A DNA stretch of 64,000 nucleotides, taken from NCBI RefSeq assembly GCF_009914755.1, contig NC_060932.1. The stretch is one strand, 5' to 3'. Below are positions 1 to 13,622 of this stretch, in pieces. The notes beneath the pieces are model-generated. The model had not been told where the DNA came from. It saw only the letters and a program-made list of their open reading frames with translations, and searched no databases. A program made the translations under genes and the position numbers. Source of the DNA: the human T2T-CHM13v2.0 reference genome, Homo sapiens. Positions within the stretch are counted from its first letter, which is position 1. Each line of letters starts with the position of its first letter.

Positions 1-59
1 TCCAGGGTAATAATGACTCATACTGACAAATGCAAAAGTTTCATTATGAACAGAGGACA

Positions 60-520
60 GAGTACAAAGAGTAGAATGATGAAATGAGGCTAGTGCAGCT
101 ATCAGACTTACAAATCAGGGAAGGCCTATGTGACACATTAAAGAGTTGGAACTTTGCTCTGAGAATACTGGCTAAACATTTTAAGCATGAAAGCTACTGC
201 TTAAACTTGTCATTTAAAAGAATCACCCTGACTGTAGAGTAGATAATAGATTTCTAACAGGCAAGATAGTCAGCAGGAAGGTTAGTTAAGAGATCGTACA
301 ATAATTCATACTAGGGAAAATAATGTCCTGATTTGAGATAGCAGCAGAGTTGCTGGAGAAAGGTGTTTATATTCACCTTAAATTGAGAAAAATAAGAATA
401 TCCAATTTTACAATTGATGAGATTTGTGAAAGGTGGCAGTGAATGAAAAAGGAGTCAAGCAAGATTTCAGCTTCTGGTTTAGACATTAAACATGTTATTC
501 ACTGAGATAGGGAATAAAAA
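60..520 (-). mobile_element. Ancient L2-like LINE fragment
   Basis: Purine-rich degenerate motifs typical of L2 in reverse orientation (aagagttggaactttgctctgag; ttaaaagaatcaccctgactg); boundaries approximate. Confidence 0.5.
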
Positions 521-1149
521 ACAAAGTTGTTTGTGAAATGGTTAATTGTTATGAGACTAGTAAGAAATGTTATGCAGCTGTTAAACGATAATGCTTATAA
601 AGACTATGTACTAGTAAGAAGAAGTTTATGTTACAAAGTTAAGGAAGAAAAGCAGGATATAAAATTTTACATGCACTATAATTATGGCTAAGTAAAATGT
701 GCAGAGAAAAATAATATAGGGAAAGAAAAGAAAATACTAAAAGTGATGGCATGAGAGCATTACAATTTTTCTTCTCCTTTATAATTTTTTAAAAATTTCA
801 TTCTTTGCTTTCATAATAAAAATGTATAAAATTAAAATTATAAAAAATAATTGATTAAAATAATATAAAACTAGTATATTATAAAGATTAAAATAGATGT
901 CTGATCATCTGATATTTATTAGGTAAAATATAATTTCTATCACTTGTTATTACATATTTTGATAAAATTAAGTTAGTGGCTTGAGAATAGAGATGATAAA
1001 TGAGAGACAAGCCATGCCTTTAGAAAATTTTTCCATTCATCATCTACACTAGAAACAACTACCCAACAGCAATAACAGAAAGGCATAAAGATAACAGTGA
1101 CTATTCTAACCACCTGGTTAAGGAATTAAATGACCATTTTGTTCCACAT

Positions 1150-1350
1150 GAGAAAAAGTGCTATGCTGTATCAAATAATTTTAATTCCACAACAATCCTA
1201 AGTACCCTATTATTGTAATTAAAAAATGGATATACAGAATTCCAGAGAGGTTAAGTAACTCAGCCCAGGTTGCACAGCCAATAAGCAACAGAGCCAGAAT
1301 TTCAAGCTGGTCAGTATAGCTCCAGGGTGTGCACTCTCAACTGTTCTATG
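1150..1350 (-). mobile_element. MIR SINE fragment
   Basis: MIR core-like 'cagagaggttaagtaactcagcccaggttgcacagc'. Confidence 0.7.
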
Positions 1351-2766
1351 TTGCCTCTTTTTTAAAGCTTATATTTTTACCAGGTTGACACATTTTTGGA
1401 CTCATGTGACAATATGAGATGAATTCAGTTACCTCAGTATACAAAAATGTTATATGGAATAAGATACTTGGTGCATATCATATACTTGAGGCTTTAAAAA
1501 TTATCAATTTAGTTCAGAAATAGTGACTTTTACACCAAATTCATATAATTGTATCAAGTAATTCAGATTTTGTCTAAAAGTTTCTATTTCACATTGTATA
1601 TATATGCTCTTCATTGTCTAAACTTAAAGCTTTTATATAAAAGTTATACAATCCAAAACACAGTGTTGAAGTATCTTACTTTAATCTTAGAATCTATTTT
1701 AAAATTTAAAGATTATTTATCATATCTTCATGCAAATAAATTCTAATCACCCAATTTGTGCATTGAATGACATCACTTTCTTATTGCATTTAGAAATAGA
1801 ATGCTATGTAGAAAATAATAATTACATCTCCATGAAGATGTATGACTTATTTCAAAAAGATTCAATAATAAAATTATCCTACTAAAATTCTCAATCAGTA
1901 GAAAAATATGCAGCCCATGCTTAAGAAGATAATCACACGTCCTGAGTTAAGTTGAAAATTAAGCTTCAGCCATACATATTCAAAAAATATTTTAAGTATA
2001 TTATTTATAATGTTTAAATATTTCTTCTACAAAGAGCTTAGTAAGTTCTATAGCCACATATACATGGCAAAAAATGACAAATTGAATGATAGAATGAGAA
2101 TTCAATGTTTTAATTATATTGATGTGTTTAATTTGTTAGATATACCATTATTAAAGTGATTTCAGCTTTTTATAAAGCATTCCATTTAATTCAATGAAAG
2201 AAATGTCTGTGGTTAACTTATGTCTCATGTGTTGAGATGAAACAGTCTTTATGTAAGAGAATAGATATCTATTAATGGGTTGTGAATTGAGGAGCATTGA
2301 AAAGGCAAAAATGCTTGAAAATTATTTCTCCTACTCAGTGCCTCAGTCTCTTAAAAATAGTTGCTCTAGATTCATTTGTTCTGGTCATGCATTATCCTTC
2401 ATTGTCAGTTATTATATGAAATAAAATCATTTGGCAAAGAGAAGTATCATGACTCACTAACACTATATAATAGGAATGGTTTATGGGGCATCTTAAAGGA
2501 GATGAATAAGATTAATACAAAAGCTTGCTGAATATAGGATCATGGAAGGAGGTAGAAAATGTGCAGATAAATACACAAAAAAATTAAGATAAAGGAGGTG
2601 TAATAAACCTGGAGCGCATAACTTGGTGTAATAAGCTTCCTCACCCTTGGTGAGTGAAGAACCCGTAACACAAGAATCCATAATCCTTGACATGAGAATC
2701 CATATTGACATAATTTTCACATACAAAGCAATCAAACTATGTTTTTAAAGTATTCCTGTACTAAAC

Positions 2767-2768
2767 AT

Positions 2769-2819
<51 letters not shown>

Positions 2820-2830
2820 TTCATTCATTC
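2767..2830. repeat. (ATTT)n tetranucleotide microsatellite ending in (ATTC)n
   Basis: Directly visible. Confidence 0.97.
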
Positions 2831-3137
2831 TCCCAACAAGAGATTTTCCTAGTAATCTGCAGGGTATGAAAAGAAAAAAAAAGAAAATTGAGTTTTGATT
2901 GGTAAAATAAATAAAAATAACTATTTAAAACCTCATTTACAAATAATAGCTATACAGATTTAAATATACTTAGTAAAAATCTTTTATCCCCTTAATAAAC
3001 GTCTGTTTGAGAGTGACAGAAATTTGTAGAAGATTTATAGATGTTTACTGCAAATAGTTGAAACTCTTTTTATATCATATAATTAATGCCTCAATTCTAA
3101 GCTTATCACTGTTTTCTCCATGAAAATTTTATCAGGG

Positions 3138-3545
3138 ATGTGGCAGGTATGGAATGCTCCTGACAGCTATTCTTTGGAATAACATCTGCAGGTTTTAAAT
3201 TAACACATGGCCACCCATAATAAAAACTAGATTAACAAATTTCTCTTGCAGCTATGAATGGCCATGTGATTAAGTGCTAGCCAAGAAGATATGACTAAGT
3301 AGGTGTGAGATATCCCCTCCTCACTGGCTGTAATACTTATATGGTAGTAGTGAATGATCTCAAACCATGAAAAAGAGGACAAGACTCCATAGTGAAATAA
3401 AAAGATAGGGTATCAGATTCCTGCCACCACAGAGTCAACATATTATTGATGGACTACTTATACTTAAAGAGAAATGTTAATCTATCTTGCTTAAGCCACT
3501 GTTATTTAGGTCACTTTTAGACTAGCCAAAACTATGTCATAATTT
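3138..3545 (+). mobile_element. Old MLT1-type (ERVL-MaLR) LTR
   Basis: 'ggccatgtgattaagtgctagccaag' and 'tcttgcttaagccactgttatttagg' resemble MLT1 LTR motifs. Confidence 0.5.
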
Positions 3546-4920
3546 GTAGTCTTCTGTTTAGCCAAGAGGACTGTGCTTTTGTTAATAGCCTAAATCCTGT
3601 ATCATGCACCACTTATTTGCTTTCTGAAGTAAAACGAAGAATGTACCCATTTGCTGTGGAAGTGGCTTTAAGTTGTCATTAGCCAGGAAATCCAGAAAGT
3701 AGAATTTGCTTATCTATTCCCATCATTTAGATTAAATGACAAGTACTTGGAAGCAGATGGTCTGTATAGTAAAATATAAATTACAACCTTTGAATCCATA
3801 TATTTTACGGTCATCATAAAAAGTTACTGTTAATAACATAAATAAGGATATAACATCCTAAATTTTATTGCTGCTGCTTAAAACTCAGGATGCTCATATG
3901 TTTCATCAGAAGAATAGAGAATGCATTAATCAGTACTTTTTTGTTTTTACTAGTTTTTAAGTCATGTTCTGTTAATAGGTAGTTAGATAATAAAAATAGT
4001 AAGAGGTGTAGAATTAAGACCTCTTTATTCCTAATCCAGGGACTTTTCTGATTATACTAAGTTTAAAGAAAGTCATTTGCTTTGAGCGAACACTTAATTT
4101 TCTTTGTTGCTGTTTTTTTCTCTAATAATTTTGTCAAACCTGATGAATTTAAGTGCTTCATAGTAATTTTCAAATCAATTAATAGTAAGGTTCGTATCTC
4201 ATCATGAGTAACTTCAAGTATATGTTTTTGTAATTTAATATTTCTACTGCAATTGATCAATTCATTTTTTCACTGAATGCGTATCAAATACTAATGACTT
4301 ATAGCCTGATTCCTACAAATAAAGATGTTTTATCCAAGTATCATAGAGCTTCTTCAAAATTCTTCAATGTATGTATCCTTATTGTAAGATATAATGTTGA
4401 CTCCTGGACCCAGCATAGTTCCTTTATAATTTACCTATATGAACTTGGACAAGATAGTTTTTCTATGTCTCAATTTTCTCATCTTTAAAGTTGAACAATA
4501 ATTTCATATATCTAATATAGATTTGGTCCCTGCCTGTATGTCCAGTATTTTTTCCCCTTAGGTATCCTCTTTGATGCTTTAAACTTCAGAAACATAATAC
4601 CATCTTTAATTCCTTAAAGATGAAATGCTGTCTTATGTTTGCATATCTTTGCATATAGTGCCCTTCAGCTCCAGTGTTACTTTCTTGTGGTTTTCCTAGT
4701 CTCACAGGAGGACTTAGTAACTTCGTTCTCCTTGTTTACACTCCATCTTCTACTTTGCTCCATTCTAACTCATGTTACTTTGCATAGTACTTGTTTATTG
4801 GTACACATCTGTCTCTCTAATACATTTAAATTGTATAAAAAGGCAAGTCATACTTTTACATATATTTTTATCATTTTACCCTTATAGCAAAAACAATTAA
4901 TTTTTACTAACTTTAGAATA

Positions 4921-5282
4921 TGATATGGTTTGGATTTTTATCCCTGCTCAAATCTCATGTCGAATTGGGGGAGGGGCCTGGTGGGAGGTGATTAAACGGG
5001 GTGGATTTCCTCCTCGCTGTTCTTGTGATAGTGAGTTCTTATGAGATCTGATGGTTTAAAAATTGTGTGGCATTTCTCCCTTAACTCTCTTTCTCTTCTG
5101 CCACCATGTGAAGAAGATACTTGCTTCCCCTTTGCTTCCCTCCATAATTGTAAATTTCCTAAAGCCTCCAAGTCTTGCTTCCTGTAAAGTCTGTGGAGCT
5201 GTGAGTCAATTAAATCTCTTTTCTTCATAAATTACCCAGTTTCAGGTAGTTCTTTACAGCAATGTGGAAACGAACTAACACA
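4921..5282 (+). mobile_element. MST-type (MSTA-like) MaLR solo LTR
   Basis: Starts tgatatggtttgg, ends aactaacaca; 5-bp TSD gaata/gaatg (4/5 match). Confidence 0.9.
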
Positions 5283-7134
5283 GAATGCTTATCCAACATA
5301 GCCAGCATAATACTTTTTTTTAAAGCATTGAAAGATAATAAATATTTTGTTAGTTATGCCTAAGATGTGTTATATCTTAAGTTTTAGCCACATAGCATTA
5401 AATGAAACAATACATATTTTATTATGAGTCTTTATTTCATTGAGCCAAATTTTTTAAAAAAAGTTTTCAAATAACTCCTTTTCACAAAGCATTCATTTTG
5501 TAGACACCAAGCTACGGTGTTTTGTTTCTTGAGTCATTGGGTATTTTTCGTTTTATTAATATTTTAGTTAAGGATTTTTTTCTACTATTTGACATGATTT
5601 TATTATACCACAATCCTAAAGTATAAGTTATTTCAATCACACCTGTTTTCTACTATATTTTCCTTAAGAAAATGAAACAAATAAAACATGGCACCACCTA
5701 AATGATATCAATAGTTCACAGTTTAGTTCTCATTTGTTATAAAAGAGCTGCATGAGAAAAGCATACAATTTTTGGATTTTATATTCTTAGTGCGATTTCT
5801 TTAAAAAGAGGCAGGACTTTTGGAAACAAGCACATGGCTTTTCAAATGAGGTTCGTCCATAGAAAGCAATTATTTGGGAAAATTTCATTGCATAACTTGC
5901 TCCTGAATCCTAACCTTTGGTCTTCCCCTTTTGTCTTTGCTTTTGGATTTGCCCCAGCTCTGAGTTCTCTTTTTCTGTATAAATTGCAGCTATCTATGAC
6001 TTAACAGCTATGAAATAATAATGGATGACACTCAAATATTGTTTTCTATGTGCTAGGTTTAAATCTCCTACTTTATGTTTGCTTATTTAATGCTGACAAC
6101 TATATTAGACATATGGAACTATTATTCTGTTTTAGAAATGGGAAAACAGAGACATAGAAAAACCATGGTTTTCCCCAGGTTAAATAGCTAAATAAATTTT
6201 GGAGCTAAGACTGGATCACAGAAATATCTGTTTTTCATCATTATACAATACTATCTCTCTGCATTAGAAATACATGTATAAGAATGTGCAAAAGAGATAA
6301 CATCTGGCTACCTTCTACCAGTTTCAGAGTTGAATTCCTACTGCTTACCTATAAGGTTTTGAAAAAGAAAATAATTTATTGGAAATATATTGGAATAACT
6401 AATAAAATCGATGTAACAGCTAAAAACTAAGGCTTAGTGTTCTTTTAGTATTATAAAGGTAAGGTTTCAGTGGCTGCTTCTTCTTGAGTTCAAACAACTC
6501 AGGTTCAGTGACCTCCAGGTCAATTTGATTCTTCATTGAAGTTTAAATTTCCATAGGAATAGTGGATCAAATTGGCCTGGGTCAAGCAAACATTTATGGA
6601 TACTAGGGTAGACGTGATGGCACCCTCGAATTCTCTGGCCATTCTTAGAGAAGAGGTAAGAATTGTGAGCCAGGCAGCCACTATACTTGGTTTGTATTTT
6701 CCCAATATATGATGCACTTTCTATGTTTTATGTAATGTGTTTGACTTCAAACAGAAATAAAACACCTTAGCTGAACTATATACAAATTAAGACAAATTGC
6801 TTCTCCATTCACATACCTCTCCTTAATTTTATATACTAATGTTTTAAAATCTACTTCTAGTTACATATTCAAGATAAATGAGATCCATGTAATACTGACA
6901 AAAATTAGTTTTGGTGATTAACAAGCAGATTAACTAAACATCTGTGATTAGTAGCATAGATATACACTATGTGATTTTTGTTCAAAATTATAAGGTAAAT
7001 TAAATTAGAAAAACAAATTAATTCCCTTCACTTGTGATTTTCACAGTGGTGTTGTCTGTCACCAAGGTTGGACATTGCACGCAATAGATGTTAATTAAAG
7101 GGATATATTCTTATATATAAAAACAATATTAAAG

Positions 7135-7497
7135 GTGTCTTGTCTATTTATACTTCTATAACAGGATATCACATACCAGGTAATTTAGATAGATAAAAAA
7201 CTATTTCTCACAGTTGTGATTTCAACATCAGGTGAGTGCCTTCTTGCTGTGTCATTTCATGGTAGAAGGTTTCAGAAGGGCAGAAGAGCACAAGAGAACA
7301 AGAGAGCAAGTAGGGCTGGAACTCACTTTTACAGCAAGCTCACTCTCACTCTAACTAACCCACTCTTGTGGTAACATTAATCCATTAATGAAAGCAGAGC
7401 TTGCATGACCTAATCACTTATTATTAGGCCCCACCTTTCAACATCGGGATTAAGCTTCCAACATGTGAACTTTTAAGGACACATTCAAACCATAGCA
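7135..7497 (-). mobile_element. MaLR solo LTR (MSTD/MLT1A-like)
   Basis: Ends 'ggacacattcaaaccatagca' (reverse complement of the LTR start); internal 'atgacctaatcac...ggccccacct'. Confidence 0.75.
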
Positions 7498-9325
7498 AAA
7501 GGTAAGTCAGTACATTGTACTCTAAAGCACTCATGAATTATATGCATTTGCTAATAATTGTAAGGAGGTGGACCATAGATCATCTCCAGGGTTGAAAATT
7601 TGCCTTGTTACATTGAAGAAAAGTTATAGAGGCATCATTGTAATGTCACAGGTAATGTAAATCATTTCTAAACTTGGTGGAGGTCAAATGGGGTTTGTAG
7701 TAAGTAAACTGCATTTGCTGAATCAAGCTTTTCAATCTAATTAGTTTAAAGGCTCTGGGTACATTTTATGACCTTTGGAACAGTTATCCATTTGAAAAGG
7801 TTTTTGCCCTTTAGGCCTCTATGAACTTTTTTTAGCAATTGACAAATTTAATATATAAAATCTTACCATATTTGATATTTCATTTTTATTAAAGTTCTAG
7901 TCTAAAACATAGCACTTAGGTTAGAAAGATTGTGGGTAACCTGAGGAAGCAGCCTGAGTTTTAAAGATATCAATGTATTTTAAAATGTGTTATTTGATGA
8001 GAAAAAAAGACAAATAATAGATCAGACAATGGTAAAGAGGTCTTGCCAAGTCAACTTTACCCAATTTAGACTGATAAATACAAATAAAACATATAAGACA
8101 TTAGAGATGGTAGTTTTTCTTTCAGAATCTAAAATATTCCAATATTTTGAACTGATGAATATCAAGATATATCCTAGAAGAACTGTGAGGTTACAAGTTA
8201 GCTCTAGGTAGAATTTTGTGAAAATTCATTGGCTTCCTGTTTTGGTTAATTGAATATTTCAGGATAACTAATTAGAAAACTTGACATATCATCTTGACAA
8301 TGTTTAAAATAAAGTGATTTATATGAAAATCCTTAGTATTACCATAGCATCATTGGATGTGTTCACTTAGAGAAAGTACGTCGTTATGTTTGCTTCAAAT
8401 TTTATGCTTCCCACATGTGTGACTTACCTTGCTACTAGAAAGATGAAGTCAAGTCAAGAGCTATATGAGCAGGGCACATTTGTTTATAATCAAGTGACTC
8501 AGTCATATATATCTAGTAATAACTTTAGTATGCATAAAATTTATGAAGCATTACACATTTCACCAATTTTTCCCTCTAATATTAATTCATCATGTATTAA
8601 AGTGGAGTTATTACTCAGCGTCCCCTCTATGCATCCCTTTCAACCTTTCCTTCTTCCTGTATCTACTGCATTGGTAAATTATTCTATAATCCAGCATGTA
8701 GGCCAATTAGAAAGTCTAAATTATTGACTTACATTCAAAGACCTCTAAACAAAATGCCAGTAATGGAGGGTCATCACCTTCTGCCTGTAATGGAGTACTT
8801 TCTAATATACTACTAATTAGTAGTATATCTTTGAAATCTATACAAACTATAAAATTAACTGATTGAAACATCAGAGAACAATTAACACACTCAGAACTCT
8901 GGGAAATATCTCAGAGTAAAGGGTTAAACTTTGAGGTGAGCCTCACTTATGCCTCTATTTGTGGCCCCATTCTTAGCTATTCTCACAGGGGCAAGACACC
9001 AAAGAATAAAGTTGCAGTCACTGAGAAGCTAAATAATTAAATAGAGATTTCATCAATCATGAGGTGTTATGGTGGCAGAGGCTCCAGGTCCACAAAATAA
9101 ATATCTGCTCCAGATTTTCAGTGGAGGCCTCCGAAGACCTCTGAAGACAACCTACATATCTATGGTAAGGACATTATGATCAAGACTGATAGAATTCCCT
9201 GCTTGTTAAAATATGGAGATATCTTAGTTTCTGTTCATTATCAAGTCAATAATTTCAATCCCCATTAATTATGTGGACCTTTATTAATCTTCCAAGTACA
9301 TTCTCCATCTTTTTCAAAGTCAGCC

Positions 9326-11585
9326 TCATATGGCTTGACTGTGACCCCATCCATATCTCAAAATCTCAACTTAAATTGTAGCTCCCATAATTACCACATG
9401 CCATGAGAGGGATCCAGTAGGAGGTAATTGAATCATGGTGGCAGGTCCTTCACACGCTCTTCTCATGATGTGAAAAAGTCTCATGAGATCTGATGGTTTT
9501 ACAAAAGGGCAGTTCCCCTGCACATGCTCTTTTGCCTGCTGCTATATAAGATGTGTCTTGGTTCCCTCTTGCTTTCTACCATGACTGTGAGCCCTCCCCA
9601 GCCATGTGGAACTGTGAGTGAATTAAACATCTTTTCTTTATAAATTATTCAGTCTTGGGTATGTCTTAATTAGCAGCGCAAGAAAAAACTAATAGAGTAA
9701 ATTGGTAGCAGGAGTGGGATGCTGCTGTAAAGATACCTGAAAATGTGGAAGCAACTTTGGAACTGGGTAAGGCAGAGGTTAGAACAGTTTGGAGGGGTGA
9801 GAAGAAGATAGGAAAATGTGAAAAAGTTTGGAACTTTGTCAAGTCTTAGAAGGCTCAGAAGACAGGAAGACGTAGGAAAGTTTGGAACTTCCCAGAGACT
9901 TGATGAATGGCAGATGATGAACTTGCTGGGAAATGGGGTAAAGGTCACTCTTACTATACAAAGTGATTGGCAGCATTTTGCCCCTGCCCTAGAGATCTGT
10001 GGAACTTTGAACTTGAGAGGGATGATTTTGGGAATCTTATGGAAGACATTTCTATGTGGAAAATTGTTCAAGAGGAAGCAGAGAATAAAAGCTTAGAAAA
10101 TTTGCAGCCTGATGATGCAATAGAAAAAAAAAACAAAAAAAACATTTTCTGGGGAGAAATTCAAGCCTGCTGCAGAAATTTCATAAGTAAGGAGTCCAAT
10201 GTTAATCACCATGACAATTGGGAAAATGTCTCCAGGGCATGTCAGAGACCTTCGTGGCAGCCCCTCCCATCACAGGCCCAGAGACCTAGGAGTTAAGAAT
10301 GGTATTGTGGGCTGGGACCAGAGCCCCCCTGGTGTGTGCAGCCTAGGGACTTTGTCCCCTGCATTACAGCTGCTCCAGCTATGGCTAAAAGGAGCCAAGG
10401 TACACCTCAGACTGTGGCTCCAGAGGGTGAAAGCCTCAAACTTTGGCAGCTTCCACGTGATGTTGAGCCTGTGGGTGCACAGAAGTCAACAACTGATGTT
10501 TCGGAAACGCCACCTAGATTTCACAGGATGTTCAGAAATGCCTGGATGTCCAGGCAGAAGTTTGCTGCAGCAGTGGAGCCCTCATGGAGAACCTCTCCTA
10601 AGACAATGCAGAAGGGAAATGTGGGATCACAGGCCCCACACAGAGCCCCCACTGGTGCACTGCCTAGTGGAGTTGTGAGAAGAGGGCCACCATCCTCCAG
10701 ACCCCAGAATGGTAGATCCACTGATAACTTGTACTGTGTGCCTGGAAAAGCCACAGACACTCAATGCCAGCCTGTAAAGGCAGCCAGGAGTGGGGCTGTA
10801 CCCTGCAAAGTCACAGGGCAGAGCTGCCCAAGACCATGGGAACCCACCTCTTACATCAACATGACCTGAATATGAAACATGGCATCAAAGGAGATGATTT
10901 GAGAGCTTTAAGATTTGACTGCTCTGCTGGTTTTTGGACTTGGGTGGGTCATGTAGCCACTTTGTTTTGGCCAATTTCTCCTATTTGGAATGGATGTTTT
11001 TACCCAATGCCTGTACCCTCTTTGTATCTAGGAAGTAACTAACTTGTTTTTGATTTTACAGGCTCCTATGTTGAAGGGACTTGCCTTGTCTCAGATGAGA
11101 CTTTGGACTGTGGATTTTTGAGTTAATGCTGAAATATGTTAAGACTTTGGGGCACTGTTGGCAAGGCATGAGTGGTTTTGATATGTGAGGACATGAGATT
11201 TGGGAGAGGTCAGGGGAAGAATGATATAGTTTGGCTGTGTCTCCACCCAAATCTCATCTTGAATTGTAGCTCCCATAATACCCACGTGTCATGGGAGGGA
11301 CCTGGTGGGAGGTAATTGAATCATGGGGGCAGGTCGTTCACTTACTGTTCTCGTGATAGTGAACAAGTCGCACAAGATCTTATGGTTTTATAAAAGGGCA
11401 GTTCCGCTGCACACGTTCTCTTGCCTGCTGCCATGTGAGACGTGTCTTGCTTCCCCTTTGCCTTTCACCATGATTGTGAGGCCTCCCCACCCATGTGGAA
11501 CTGTGAGTCAGTTAAACATCTTTCATTCATAAATTACCCAGTCTTGGGCATGTCTTTATTAGCAGCATGAGAACAGACTAATACA
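9326..11585 (+). mobile_element. Full-length THE1C/D-like MaLR provirus: 5' LTR 9326-9696, internal 9697-11221, 3' LTR 11222-11585
   Basis: Two homologous ~365-bp LTRs; internal region starts gtaaattggt; purine tract before the 3' LTR; 5-bp TSD cagcc/cagct. Confidence 0.93.
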
Positions 11586-11789
11586 CAGCTATAATTTTGT
11601 GTTGTTGTGGTTTTATGGACTCAGAAAAGCCACTGAAATTAAAATTGGTAACATAGCATAGATGTTGAGACAAAGACTCTCAGGTAAACTTGGGTAATTT
11701 TTGATTATTTAAGCAAAACAGGGCATAACGTGGCCGAATTACCATTTGTATTTTTCAATGAGACTATGGCAGCTTTGTTCTCTGTGGTG

Positions 11790-12998
11790 AAAACAAAACA
11801 AAGGATACATATGGGACTATATAAAAACTAAAAACTTCTGCATAGCAAAGGTAACAATCAACAAAATAAAATGGCAGCCTACAGATTGGGAAAAAATATT
11901 TGTAAACCATATCTGATAAGAGTTATAACCATATATCTTAATATCCAAAATGTATTAAGAACTCATATAGCTACTAGTAAGAAAACAAAAAACCCAATTA
12001 AAAATGGGCAAAAGACTTGCTGATACATTCTCTGAAGAAGACTTGATGTACAATAGATAATAAAAACATGCTCAACATCATTAATCATCAGGGAAATGCA
12101 AATCAATGCCACAAATATATCACCTCACACCTATTAGGATGGATATTAGCAAAAATAAAGAGATAATAAATGGCATACACACCATTTGTTTAATGTGGGA
12201 ATATAGAGAAAAGAAAATACTTGAACACTGTTGGTGGGTATGCAGATTGGTACAGTCATTGTGAAAATGGTGTGGAGTTTCCTAAATAAAAGTAGAACTA
12301 CCATATAATCCAGCAATCCCTCTCTGGGCATATCTGCAAAAAAATAAAATCATCACCTCCTAAATATATCTGCAATCCCATGTTCATTGCAGCATTATTC
12401 ACAACAGCAAAGATAGAGAAGCAAGCTAAATTTTTGTGGACAGACAAAAGCTAAATAAATTGTGGTATACATATGCAAAGGAATATTACTCAGCCTTTGA
12501 AAAAGAAGAAGATCCTGCCATTTGCCATGATATGGATGAAACTGGAGGACATTGTGCTAAGTGAAACAAATCAGATACAGAAATAAAAAGCATTACATGA
12601 TTTTCTTACATGTGGAATTGTTTTTAAAAAATAAGTCAGATATACCAGAGATAGAGAATAAAATAGTGTTTACCAGAAGCAGGAGGTGGAGAGGGGGAGA
12701 AATGGGGAGATGAAGGTCAGAGGATACGAAGTTACAAATATGTAAAATAAACAACTCTGGAGACCCCTATGTACACCATGAGGACTATGGTTAATAAGAT
12801 TGTACTGTATTTGGGATTTCTGCTAAATGAGTATATTTTAGCTTCTCTTGCCACCAAAACAAAAATTAAAAAAGGGTAAATATGTGAGATGACTGATATG
12901 TTAATTTACTTCATTATAGTGACCATTTTACTATCTGTATATATCTCATAATGTCATATTTTATACCTAAAATATATACAATAAAATTTATTTTAAAA
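11790..12998 (+). mobile_element. 5'-truncated old L1 (L1MA/L1MB-type) ORF2 end and 3' UTR
   Basis: ORF2 C-terminal motifs (gggaaatgcaaatc, tgttcattgcagcattattcac), 3' UTR ending in aataaaa. Confidence 0.88.
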
Positions 12999-13024
12999 TT
13001 ATAATATTTATTGGGTATTAAATG

Positions 13025-13385
13025 CTGCTTTAAAATATGTATACATTGTGGAATGGCTAAATTGAGCTAATTAATATATGCATTACTTCACATCCTTTTT
13101 TTTTTGATGGGAACACGTAAAATTTATTGTCATAGCAATTTTCAGTACAATACGTTGCTATTAACTACAGATACCATGTTGTACAATAGATCTCTTGACC
13201 TTATTTCTCTTGTCTAACTGAAAATTTTGTAACCTTTGACCAACATCTCCCCAGTTTCCCCTAGGCACACAAACACAGTCTTTAGTAACCAACATTCTAC
13301 TCCCTACTGCTATGAGTTCAACATTTTAGATTTCACTTATTCATGAGATCATGTGCTATTTATCTTTTTTATGGCTGGCTTTTAT
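13025..13385 (-). mobile_element. L1MA-type 3' UTR fragment
   Basis: 'tatacattgtggaatggctaaattgagctaatt', 'ccatgttgtacaatagatctcttga'. Confidence 0.8.
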
Positions 13386-13622
13386 TACTAGATGAAAAAT
13401 AACTGTATTTTAAAAAATGTTCTAAAGAATGCTAGAATCCCCAGTATTTTCTCCAGGACCAGCCATGTCTCTGTCTTTCTGTTAATGAAAAGGAATTAGA
13501 CTACTGCAGAATAGAATATAGGTAGAGAGAAAATATATGGGCTTAACCATAGCACACATATTTTTATACATGCATTTACATGCATGTCACTCACATTAGA
13601 ATTCAAGTGGTCTCTTGTCTGA

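Noticed and set aside
2493-2770. 80-aa ORF and splice-like motifs (ttg|gtgagt near 2650)
   Set aside because: No recognisable protein and no convincing acceptor-donor pair with an open frame
10199-10869. 159-aa and 177-aa ORFs
   Set aside because: They lie within the THE1 internal region and are fragmented remnants or chance frames, not host genes
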